Shown here: piece after piece, positions 1-7,940 of the stretch | Layout of the letters: every line of letters starts with the position of its first letter | How positions within the stretch are numbered: position 1 is the first letter of the stretch | Origin: Pontibacillus halophilus JSM 076056 = DSM 19796 | GTDB lineage: Bacteria > Bacillota > Bacilli > Bacillales > BH030062 | DNA: 32,000 bases | Reading direction: 5' to 3' | NCBI RefSeq assembly: GCF_000425205.1 | Contig: NZ_KE384328.1 | Span: 157,296-189,295 of the forward strand | The notes under the pieces: model-generated | Seen by the model: the letters and a program-made list of their open reading frames with translations, nothing else | What the model was told of the DNA's origin: nothing | Databases searched by the model: none | Made by a program: the position numbers and the translations under genes

Positions 1-978
1 AAAGTCTCAGAGGTGTTAGACCGATTTATTGAACGGATTATAGAGCTTGTGGAATTGGATTATTTATTTATCTTCGATGTAGAAGATGAACAAAGGTTAT
101 CCTTATACCGCTTTTATGATTCAACTGGTGAGATTACCTTAGATCATGTTGAACTTCAAAAGGGCGAAGGGATTAGTGGCAAGACGCTTGAGATTCGACA
201 AGGGTTGTTCGTAAGCACGAAGAAAGAGTGGAGAGATCTAGAGTCTCCATTTGTACCTACTGAGGTAGAGAGTATTATGTCCCTACCGATGATTCGTCAT
301 AATCGAGTTGTCGGCGTAGTAACCATCGCTTCTAAGCGGAAGCGAGGCTTCGAGAAATTGCAGTACAGAATTATAGACCTGCTGACGAATTATTTAGCCG
401 TTTCTATCCAGAATGCACGAAATTATGAGCGTACTAAGCAGTTAAGCGAAAGGTGCCCGCTTACAAATTTGTATAACTATCGATACTTAGAAAGTCAACT
501 ACAGTCCTATATTGAAGATAGTCACCATGAAATACTCTCTATGATTCTGTTAGACTTAGATCACTTTAAATCGGTAAATGATACTTATGGACATGAAAGC
601 GGAAATGAAATCTTATGTATGCTAGCGGACCGTTTGACTTCTACAATCGGGGATCAGGGAATTGTCGCCCGCTACGGTGGAGAAGAGTTCGTAATGCTCC
701 TTCCAGGAGTGCAGAAAGAGCACAGTATGCACATCGCTGAAAATGTGCGTCGAAAGCTTGCCCATGAACCATTCCCTTTACACCAACACATTCTAGGAGG
801 GGAAAAAGACGTGCAGGCTTATGTAACTGCCTCCATTGGTGTGGCGTCATTTCCAATGGATTGTGATGATCCTTCCGAGTTGATTCGTCAGGCAGACCGT
901 GCCATGTATGTAGGAGCTAAACAAAAAGGTAGAAATAAAGTGGCGAGCTATGAACAAGCCATAGGAGCAGCTGAGTAG
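1..978 (+). CDS. GAF-GGDEF diguanylate cyclase (5' end probably lies outside the window)
   Basis: The frame is open from nt 1. The C-terminal GGDEF domain has an intact active site (RYGGEEFVMLLPG) plus DLDHFKSVND and SIGVA motifs. The N-terminal part is GAF-like. Stop TAG at 976-978. Confidence 0.85.
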   Translation, partial: KVSEVLDRFIERIIELVELDYLFIFDVEDEQRLSLYRFYDSTGEITLDHVELQKGEGISGKTLEIRQGLFVSTKKEWRDLESPFVPTEVESIMSLPMIRHNRVVGVVTIASKRKRGFEKLQYRIIDLLTNYLAVSIQNARNYERTKQLSERCPLTNLYNYRYLESQLQSYIEDSHHEILSMILLDLDHFKSVNDTYGHESGNEILCMLADRLTSTIGDQGIVARYGGEEFVMLLPGVQKEHSMHIAENVRRKLAHEPFPLHQHILGGEKDVQAYVTASIGVASFPMDCDDPSELIRQADRAMYVGAKQKGRNKVASYEQAIGAAE

Positions 979-1011
979 TCTAAAGATTGCTCGGCTTTTC
1001 TTTGAATTCTC

Positions 1012-1040
1012 TTGACATCCTGTTTATTAAAACGTACAAA
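1012..1040 (+). promoter_or_regulatory. Candidate sigma-A promoter for the minor-pilin operon
   Basis: TTGACA (1012-1017), a 17-nt spacer, then TACAAA (1035-1040). An alternative -10, TAGAAT, lies at 1045-1050. The site is about 40 nt upstream of the ATG at 1080. Confidence 0.4.
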
Positions 1041-1079
1041 ATAGGTAGAATGGTTTATTATATTAAAGGAGGAGAGGTC

Positions 1080-1541
1080 ATGAAAAAATGGAAAAATGAG
1101 CAAGGGCTTACGCTCGTTGAAGTACTTGCATCCATGACGTTGCTCTCCGTAATCTTCATTGTCATCAGCGCCTTTGTCGTAAATAGCTTTACGTTCTCAA
1201 GCGCAATAAATCGAGATTATACAACTCTTCAAATTTCAGATAGTTTACTAGAGTACTACAAAAGTGAGAATTTCAGCAAATTACAAGATGAAGTAGGGAA
1301 GACCATCCAGCTTGATACTCCTGCCATCAAACAAACACTCAAGATGGATGCCTCGACTGACATAGGAAAACTGAATTCATCCATTACCATAACCAAACAC
1401 TCCAATCCTTCCTTGCAAAATCGACTCCTACACATAGAGGTGACGGTTTCTTCCACGCAAAATCGCAATACTCAACAAACCACTGTAGAAGGGTACAATC
1501 GCAATACTCAACAAACCACCAAAGAAGGGTACAATCGCTAA
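1080..1541 (+). CDS. Prepilin-type N-terminal cleavage/methylation domain protein (minor pilin)
   Basis: Strong RBS AAAGGAGGAGAGG lies 2 nt before the ATG at 1080. The class III signal is MKKWKNEQG|LTLVEVLASMTLL, with Glu at +5. The 987 start in the ORF track has no RBS. The stop overlaps the next start (TAATG at 1539-1543). Confidence 0.85.
   Translation: MKKWKNEQGLTLVEVLASMTLLSVIFIVISAFVVNSFTFSSAINRDYTTLQISDSLLEYYKSENFSKLQDEVGKTIQLDTPAIKQTLKMDASTDIGKLNSSITITKHSNPSLQNRLLHIEVTVSSTQNRNTQQTTVEGYNRNTQQTTKEGYNR
1461..1538 (+). repeat. 36-bp in-frame tandem duplication (2 copies plus a 6-nt partial copy) at the 3' end of the minor pilin gene
   Basis: 1461-1496 is aatcgcaatactcaacaaaccactgtagaagggtac and 1497-1532 is aatcgcaatactcaacaaaccaccaaagaagggtac, 33/36 identical. 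A partial copy aatcgc follows at 1533-1538. The repeat encodes NRNTQQTT(V/K)EGY twice. Confidence 0.95.
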
Positions 1542-2053
1542 TGAAGCATTTACAAAATGAAAAAGGTGTAACCTTAGTTGAACTGTTGGCAGTTATGGCC
1601 ATGTCCATTCTGGTGGTAGGTGTCGCATACCAAATCTTATTCTCAATGTTTTCAAGTATTGATAAGTCACAGGCCAATACGATGCTTCGGAATGAGGCTG
1701 CGGCTATCATGCTTGAGTTGGATGAAATTATGTTAAATCTGGATGAAGTAGAGACAATTCCAATTGACCTTAACGTAAATGTTCCATTCGACCATTTCAG
1801 AGTATTAGACATAAGAGAGAATTCGTCTGGTTTACCTAAAACTCTTTCAACAGAAATAGAAGTTGCTAATGGTGAACTTCTAGTTACCTATAATGGGAGC
1901 AGTCGAACGATTACAGATTCAAGTATCAATGCCTCTAATACTACTTTTACCCTTGATAAAGACGGGCGACTTCGTGTCAATTTGCACATAGAGGACAATG
2001 CTTCTTCAGAAACATACACAGTATTTAAAATTTATGAAATGGAAAATGAGTGA
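1541..2053 (+). CDS. Prepilin-type N-terminal cleavage/methylation domain protein (minor pilin)
   Basis: Class III signal MKHLQNEKG|VTLVELLAVMAMSILV. Translationally coupled to the upstream pilin gene. Confidence 0.85.
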   Translation: MKHLQNEKGVTLVELLAVMAMSILVVGVAYQILFSMFSSIDKSQANTMLRNEAAAIMLELDEIMLNLDEVETIPIDLNVNVPFDHFRVLDIRENSSGLPKTLSTEIEVANGELLVTYNGSSRTITDSSINASNTTFTLDKDGRLRVNLHIEDNASSETYTVFKIYEMENE

Positions 2054-3854
2054 TGAGCATATGAAGCTTAAAGAACAAAGTGGTTATACGATGTTGGTTG
2101 TGCTTCTAGTGTTTACAATCATTAGTATTCTTGGTCTAGCTTTAATCGGGTTAACTGTAAATTCAACTACATCTGTAAGTGTCACCGAAACCAAAGTGAC
2201 TAGTATTAATTCAGCAGAAAGTGAATTGGATGAGACGTTGGCAGTAGTCCAAAATGAACTGGATAGAATTAATGAGAAAATCGATAAAAACAAGATTATT
2301 GATATTGATGGGGCAAAACTCGGATTATTGAATTTAATACAGGAATTAATTCGGGATAATCCTGACTATGAAATCACCTATGATTTTGACCTTCTCTCAG
2401 AAGGGATGTTGGCTGCCAACGTAACGATGAAAATACCAGTGGATAATTCGGATAAGGTGCTAGTAAAAGAAATTGAGTTCTCTACTATAGCGGATATCTT
2501 TAAATATAGTACAGTTACTCCAGGAAACTTAACCCTAAACGGTGCGAGTTATATTGAAGGGGATGTGTATGTAGGGGAGGATTTATATACAAGTAAGTCT
2601 GGAAAGTTCATTTCGGGATCTACTTTCTATCCAGAAACAACTTACCCCGCATTTACAAGAGGGGAATTGACCGTAGGGGGGGATTTCAAAGAACTGGAGT
2701 ACGTAAAGCGGAGAAGCTGTTGGTTCTTTAGTTGTTATTATTACTACGATGATGTTACTTCTACATTCAATCCAACAGATGAAAACTTGGAAAAGTACTT
2801 TAGCTTACCTCCAAAGGTTGAGAATCAACAAGAGATTGACACCTCGTTAAAGGTTCTAGAAGACTTTATCGAACCAGCAGAGGAAACAATAGAATCTCTG
2901 AGGTTCATTTCCAGTAGTTACAATCGATTTACTCATATTGTAAAGAATAATTTGAATGGTTTCGAGAACAACACTACATATGGAACAACGCTAGTCGATA
3001 AGGGTCTTACGATTGCTTCTGGAAGAACCACAGTTATTCATGGTGACCTAGTTGTGAACAATCGATTTTCTCTTAAGAATGCATCTAAACTAGTGGTTCA
3101 TGGTGATTTAATTGTTGAGAGTGACATGGAATTAACAAAAGGCGCTGAATTAGAAGTCACTGGAGATTTAAAGGTTACAGGAAATCTAGAGAGTGAGGAT
3201 AAAGACAATTCCCTTATTGTGAATGGATCTATGTTGGTTTCAGGTAATCTTAGTGTTAGTGGGTACTTTGAAGTTCAATCAGATGATGGGATTATCTTTG
3301 TTTATGGGGATGCTTTATTGTCGAATGTAAGTTTTACAGGGGAAATGTATTCGAATGATGATGTAGACTTAAGGGAAGAGGTTAGTGGTAACAGTACCAT
3401 TTATGCTAAAGACGATATAACAGTCAAGCAACTGTCTAGTGGAGAGTTAAATGGGACACTTGTCTTATTGGCGAACGGTGATATGCAGTTATCAAATAAC
3501 AATTTGTATGAAGATGCATCAAAAGTGATGAGAGTGTTCTTATACTCTAACAATAAATTGGAAATTTATGGTGTCGGTTCAAATATTGAGATAAGTGGCG
3601 GGATTTATGGAAGTGATATTATCCTGAATGCAGTGAAAGGGAAGACGTACGAAGGTATAAAGAGTTACAAAACCGGTTTCGACGCTTATGAAGGAAATAA
3701 TTACACCTATATTGAAAGAAACCAAGAGAGTATAACGCCTAAATTATCTCGGTTGAAGGTCATTTACAATAAAGATATGATTCTAAATCCTCCAAAAGGT
3801 ATCCCGACGGTCGAGAACATTAGCTTTAAAGAAGTAGATCGGTATTACGAATAA
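2046..3854 (+). CDS. Large PilX_N-type pilus-associated protein with a C-terminal beta-helix-like repeat region (candidate tip or adhesin subunit)
   Basis: The N-terminus ...EQSGYTMLVVLLVFTIISILGLALIGL resembles the PilX N-terminal hydrophobic segment and has no Glu at +5. A ~20-aa periodic repeat is present (VIHGDLVVNN.., VVHGDLIVES.., EVTGDLKVTG.., IVNGSMLVSG..). The start is ambiguous: in-frame ATGs at 2034, 2046 and 2061. Confidence 0.7.
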   Translation: MSDEHMKLKEQSGYTMLVVLLVFTIISILGLALIGLTVNSTTSVSVTETKVTSINSAESELDETLAVVQNELDRINEKIDKNKIIDIDGAKLGLLNLIQELIRDNPDYEITYDFDLLSEGMLAANVTMKIPVDNSDKVLVKEIEFSTIADIFKYSTVTPGNLTLNGASYIEGDVYVGEDLYTSKSGKFISGSTFYPETTYPAFTRGELTVGGDFKELEYVKRRSCWFFSCYYYYDDVTSTFNPTDENLEKYFSLPPKVENQQEIDTSLKVLEDFIEPAEETIESLRFISSSYNRFTHIVKNNLNGFENNTTYGTTLVDKGLTIASGRTTVIHGDLVVNNRFSLKNASKLVVHGDLIVESDMELTKGAELEVTGDLKVTGNLESEDKDNSLIVNGSMLVSGNLSVSGYFEVQSDDGIIFVYGDALLSNVSFTGEMYSNDDVDLREEVSGNSTIYAKDDITVKQLSSGELNGTLVLLANGDMQLSNNNLYEDASKVMRVFLYSNNKLEIYGVGSNIEISGGIYGSDIILNAVKGKTYEGIKSYKTGFDAYEGNNYTYIERNQESITPKLSRLKVIYNKDMILNPPKGIPTVENISFKEVDRYYE

Positions 3855-3886
3855 AGGTTGAAACGTTAAGTTTCAACCTTTCATTT
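3854..3886 (+). terminator. Rho-independent terminator after the minor-pilin operon
   Basis: The stem aaggttgaaac (3854-3864) pairs with gtttcaacctt (3870-3880) around the loop gttaa. A T-rich tail follows. Confidence 0.8.
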
Positions 3887-3921
3887 AATATATCTTTCCA
3901 ATACATACAGTTTATTATACA

Positions 3922-5742
3922 ATGATAGATAGTCGAAATATGCCAATAACATGGGAAAAATGTTGGAAATGGGGTGGGGGTTTGGAGAACATTGTACTCG
4001 CTTTTATAGCCTTGGGAATCGTGATTCTCTTTGTCTATTACTTTCCACTTGGACTTAGTAAATGGGGGAGAATTGTGTTAGCAGGCTCCTCTTTTTTTAT
4101 AGCCTTATTAGCAATTTTTGTAGGCATCAATCTAGTCTGGTGGCAAGCTGTACTCATTTTACTACTATTTGCATTATTAACATCAATTGTCCTTGACCGG
4201 CGTTTCAATGGTCTTGTTTTTGCTGATGGCGGTATGAGTTATAGGGAAGAAGACACAGAAGATATGCAGAATCAGTATCAACTTACATACACAGGCCCCA
4301 AGAACAACCAACAATTGGATGAAGTGTGGGAAGACGAGTCTGAGCTTCCAGAGTCGTATGCACCAGAGTCTGATCTGCTTGACGAAGATGAGCTGAAAGA
4401 GTGGGAAGAACAGCTCGAAACTGTCTCTGAGATGGACCAATCAGGTGATGACCTCGCTGATTCAGAAGAGTTGGTAGAATTCCGCGCGACTCCTTCCTCT
4501 GAAGAAGTTGGCATGGATTATCTACATGATTACGAGGAGTCTATTGATCAACCAGAGTCTGATCTACTCTCTTCGGAGCTGCTTAGTGAGGAAGAACAAA
4601 TGCTGTTAGAGCGTGAATCACTTATGGAAGAACCTACATTTAACGGGGAAGAAGAAATCATCCAAGAACACGATTCCATTGAACTACAATGGAGAGAAGA
4701 CCTCCTGAATGATGAAGACGTTCAGATTGGGGATTCAGAGCTAATTGAAGATGAGGCAGAACAGGTGCAAGTAGGGCGTGAAGTACTTGAGGAAATTGCT
4801 CCAACTGAGAACGTTGAGTCTCAACAAGAGCTTGAGCAGGAGGGAAATCTCCCTGAGTTTCCTGATTCTTCTATCGAATATGGACATGATTATGCCGAAG
4901 AAGAAAGAGAGTCAGAGGAGAACTGGTTTGATAAAGTGGCTAGAGAGCCGATTGAAGTAGAACCAGAAGAAAATAGTGTAGAGCTCATGCCAGAAGACAT
5001 CATTCAACCATCCATTGAGGAACCACTGGTAGAAGAAAGAATTGAGGAGAAACCTCTTGATGATCAGGAGAAGCACATCGAAGAAGAAGTTGTTTCTGAG
5101 GAGGCACATCGAGAGTCTGAAGAAAGTGGTCCCACAAACGATGACACCTTAGAACAAGAAGAATACCTTGAAGATACACAACCTCTCCCATCCGATGTAG
5201 AAGAAGACGTGGCGGCAAGCACAGATGACCTTGTCGAAGAAGAAGTAATCTTTGAGGAGTTCAAGGCAGACACAGAAGATGTGATCTCTTCTCAAGATAA
5301 TGTGAAAGAAACGGAAGTTACAATAGAGGATGAATCCCCTATAGAAGAGCCTAGCGAGGTGGTTCTTGATGAGCCAATTATCGATGAGGAACCTTCCGAG
5401 GTGACTAGTGAAGTTGAAGAAGATACTCCTCAAGAAGAGCAACCATTAAGAAGGACACCTCTACAAGAGCAGTTGTTCCATACAATGGTAGAGCAAATTC
5501 GACTTCAGGAACACTTGATGAATAGTGTGGAATACGAACAATACATCATGGACCATATTCAACCTTCACTTGACGACCAAGATTACTTCACGTTTAGTTA
5601 TTTGCTCATCCAGCATTATGTGAAGCACAATCACCAAGAAGCCTTGCGTGACTTCCTTTCTGACTTGGGTAACCGCTTTAACCAGAATACAGCTATAAAA
5701 GCTCAAGTAGAACTGATGCAACAACTATATGTCCATTCATAG
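3922..5742 (+). CDS. Hyper-acidic membrane-anchored protein of unknown function
   Basis: 606-aa ORF. About 3 N-terminal hydrophobic helices (IVLAFIALGIVILFVYYF, IVLAGSSFFIALLAIFVGI, WWQAVLILLLFALLTSIVL). These are followed by ~400 aa dominated by Glu/Asp, then a ~100-aa non-acidic helical C-terminal region. The start is uncertain (ATG 3922, ATG 3940 or TTG 3982) and none has a good SD. Confidence 0.65.
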   Translation: MIDSRNMPITWEKCWKWGGGLENIVLAFIALGIVILFVYYFPLGLSKWGRIVLAGSSFFIALLAIFVGINLVWWQAVLILLLFALLTSIVLDRRFNGLVFADGGMSYREEDTEDMQNQYQLTYTGPKNNQQLDEVWEDESELPESYAPESDLLDEDELKEWEEQLETVSEMDQSGDDLADSEELVEFRATPSSEEVGMDYLHDYEESIDQPESDLLSSELLSEEEQMLLERESLMEEPTFNGEEEIIQEHDSIELQWREDLLNDEDVQIGDSELIEDEAEQVQVGREVLEEIAPTENVESQQELEQEGNLPEFPDSSIEYGHDYAEEERESEENWFDKVAREPIEVEPEENSVELMPEDIIQPSIEEPLVEERIEEKPLDDQEKHIEEEVVSEEAHRESEESGPTNDDTLEQEEYLEDTQPLPSDVEEDVAASTDDLVEEEVIFEEFKADTEDVISSQDNVKETEVTIEDESPIEEPSEVVLDEPIIDEEPSEVTSEVEEDTPQEEQPLRRTPLQEQLFHTMVEQIRLQEHLMNSVEYEQYIMDHIQPSLDDQDYFTFSYLLIQHYVKHNHQEALRDFLSDLGNRFNQNTAIKAQVELMQQLYVHS

Positions 5743-5788
5743 ATTTCGGAAAGCTATTAAACTATTACTTACTGCGTGGTGAAACAGA

Positions 5789-6535
5789 ATGAAGAAAAGT
5801 AGAGAGATTGTTGAATTGCCGATTATTAATATTACTGATGGTGAGGAAATGGGGACTGTCAAATCCCTTATCATTAACCCTGAAAAAGGAACCGTCGATT
5901 TTCTTGTTATCCAACATGAAGAGTGGGAAGTAAGTGTAAAAGCCATCCCATTCAAGAAGGTTGTAGGTGTGGGTGAATATGCGGTCACTGTCGATAACGA
6001 AAGTGCCATCATAGATTTGAATGAAATCCCGATTGCTAACAACTTAATGAACAAAAAGGTTAAAATTATTGGAACTCGTGTGATGACTAGAAAAGGCCAA
6101 TTACTTGGGCAAATCGATGAGTACTATGTAAACGATGATAACGGGAATATTGAGGCCATTCACCTTGATATGAAAGATCACACGGAAATGGTCCATCGAG
6201 ATGCTGTTGTAACGTATGGTGAGAAGATGATCATTGTGAATGAGAACATCGAGAACTACTACATTACAGAAGAAGAAGAGCCAACTGCTCCAGTCCTCCA
6301 AGAAGTACCGAGTGTTCTTAATCAAGAGGAAGAACAAGCAAGTGAACAGTTAAACGACCTGCAGAAGAAACAACTGGAATTACTTGAAGGAAAGAAAGTC
6401 GTAAAGGATATTACCAATCAAAACGGGGAACAGATTATTCAAGCAGGTACAATCCTTTCTCAGGACGAAATACAACGTGTTCAATCAGAAGGTCCAAGTG
6501 TCATCGTTGATGTAACGATGAATGTAGCTGAATAG
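5789..6535 (+). CDS. PRC-barrel domain protein (two YlmC/YmxH-like PRC barrels)
   Basis: IVELPIINITDGEEMGTVKSLIINPEKGTVDFLVI and KIIGTRVMTRKGQLLGQIDEYYVNDDNGNIEAIHL both resemble the PRC-barrel signature of YlmC/YmxH-family proteins. An acidic linker and a C-terminal segment follow. Confidence 0.6.
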   Translation: MKKSREIVELPIINITDGEEMGTVKSLIINPEKGTVDFLVIQHEEWEVSVKAIPFKKVVGVGEYAVTVDNESAIIDLNEIPIANNLMNKKVKIIGTRVMTRKGQLLGQIDEYYVNDDNGNIEAIHLDMKDHTEMVHRDAVVTYGEKMIIVNENIENYYITEEEEPTAPVLQEVPSVLNQEEEQASEQLNDLQKKQLELLEGKKVVKDITNQNGEQIIQAGTILSQDEIQRVQSEGPSVIVDVTMNVAE

Positions 6536-6558
6536 GGTTCCTTAAAGGAGGCTTTCTT

Positions 6559-7863
6559 GTGAAGAACAGGGAAGATATGAGATTATTCCTTTTATTGCTC
6601 GGGTTAAGCATATTTATCTACGGGTTTTCAAATCTTGGTACGTTGCTAACAACTGAAGTATTTGGTGATGAATATACCTACAAAGAGGGGACAGCAGTTG
6701 GACCTGTTGTCCTATCAGGACTTACAAAGTCAGAGGCTAATCATCTGTTAACGGAAGAGAGTAACAGGTGGATTGAAAGTCACCCAATCGAATTCGAGAA
6801 GAAGGAAGAAGAGTTTGTCATTGATAAGCCTGAAATTAACTTCGATATTGAGCAAACGCTTGAACAACTTCAAGAAGGGGTTTCGAATCCATTTGTTGTA
6901 ACCGTTGGACCTAGTTTCATTTCACAATTGTCGAGCGAGTTAGAGGGCGATTTAGTACAGTCGTTAACCCTCGACCAGCTTAAGAGTGACTTAATGCGAA
7001 GGGCCCAGCAGCTGAAACCTGAAGCAATCAGCTATTCTGTCTATCAATATATGGAGTCAGGGACGGAAGAACTTTATGAAGAAGTAGCACGTTATGAACT
7101 CCCAATATCAGATGACGTGCAACCTAGTGACGTAATTGCCTATTTAAATGGAACGCGTATTAAGCCTAATGAGCCTTACTCCATCCTAAATGAGGTGGAA
7201 GGGAAAGAAATCTTAAATGAACGCGCTCTGAATTTAGTTGCATCGGGGATTTATGGGGCGGTCTTACAAACGAATTTCGTTATTCAACAAAGACATTTAA
7301 GTGCTACCTTACCTGATTATGCTGAACTTGGGCGTGAAGCAAGTATACGAAGCGACCAGGCCCACGACCTAGTTATAAACAACCCTAATCAATCAACGTA
7401 TGAAGTTTGGGTGAAGCGTGATGGTGAACAGCTCGTCGTGACGTTACATGGCTATCCATTGCCTAATGATTATGATGTCCAGGTTACATCTAAACAAGAT
7501 TTAAAACCACGCACGGTTGTTCAATATAGTTCAACACTTGCCGAAGGTCAGTCGAAACTAGTAAATGAAGGCGTTGATGGGGTTGTAGTTGAAGTCTACC
7601 GAACGATTAAAGACAACGGTATTATCCTGTCAGAGGAGTTCATTTCAGAGGATTACTATCCACCGACAAATCGTACGATCCTAAAATACGGAGACGAATC
7701 CACGCTATCTGAATTTAACTCAAGCGGTACAGGTTCTTCAAATGGAGATGCCTCCTCAAATCCTGATGATGATGATGCTTCTACACCACCTTCAGACAAG
7801 GATGGCATTATAGATGACGTCGGAGATGTGTGGGAAGCACCAGGACAATTAAAGGGAAATTAA
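6559..7863 (+). CDS. Membrane-anchored VanW-like (degenerate) / G5-like domain protein
   Basis: GTG start with RBS AAAGGAGG. N-terminal signal or anchor LFLLLLGLSIFIYGF. A VanW-like core (...QQRHLSATLPDYAELGREASI..DLVINNPNQSTYEVWV..) lacks the usual GGGxCQ-type motif. A G5-like stretch is present (VVQYSSTLAEGQSKLVNEGVDGVVVEVYRT). The C-terminal tail is acidic and rich in D, S and P. Confidence 0.5.
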   Translation: MKNREDMRLFLLLLGLSIFIYGFSNLGTLLTTEVFGDEYTYKEGTAVGPVVLSGLTKSEANHLLTEESNRWIESHPIEFEKKEEEFVIDKPEINFDIEQTLEQLQEGVSNPFVVTVGPSFISQLSSELEGDLVQSLTLDQLKSDLMRRAQQLKPEAISYSVYQYMESGTEELYEEVARYELPISDDVQPSDVIAYLNGTRIKPNEPYSILNEVEGKEILNERALNLVASGIYGAVLQTNFVIQQRHLSATLPDYAELGREASIRSDQAHDLVINNPNQSTYEVWVKRDGEQLVVTLHGYPLPNDYDVQVTSKQDLKPRTVVQYSSTLAEGQSKLVNEGVDGVVVEVYRTIKDNGIILSEEFISEDYYPPTNRTILKYGDESTLSEFNSSGTGSSNGDASSNPDDDDASTPPSDKDGIIDDVGDVWEAPGQLKGN

Positions 7864-7878
7864 TCCTTTAGCAACAAG

Positions 7879-7909
7879 AAGCCCTTGCCAGCTGCAAGGG
7901 CTTTTATTC
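7879..7909 (+). terminator. Rho-independent terminator
   Basis: aagcccttgc (7879-7888) pairs with gcaagggctt (7894-7903) around the loop cagct, followed by ttattc. Confidence 0.8.
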
Positions 7910-7940
7910 TAAATGACGGTGAATGAAAGTAGGGGAATGT

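Noticed and set aside
987-1079. The upstream start at 987 for the first minor pilin, which would add MLGFSLNSLDILFIKTYKIGRMVYYIKGGEV.
   Set aside because: It would place about 30 residues before the short basic prepilin leader and would run through the candidate promoter. The ATG at 1080 has a near-perfect SD.
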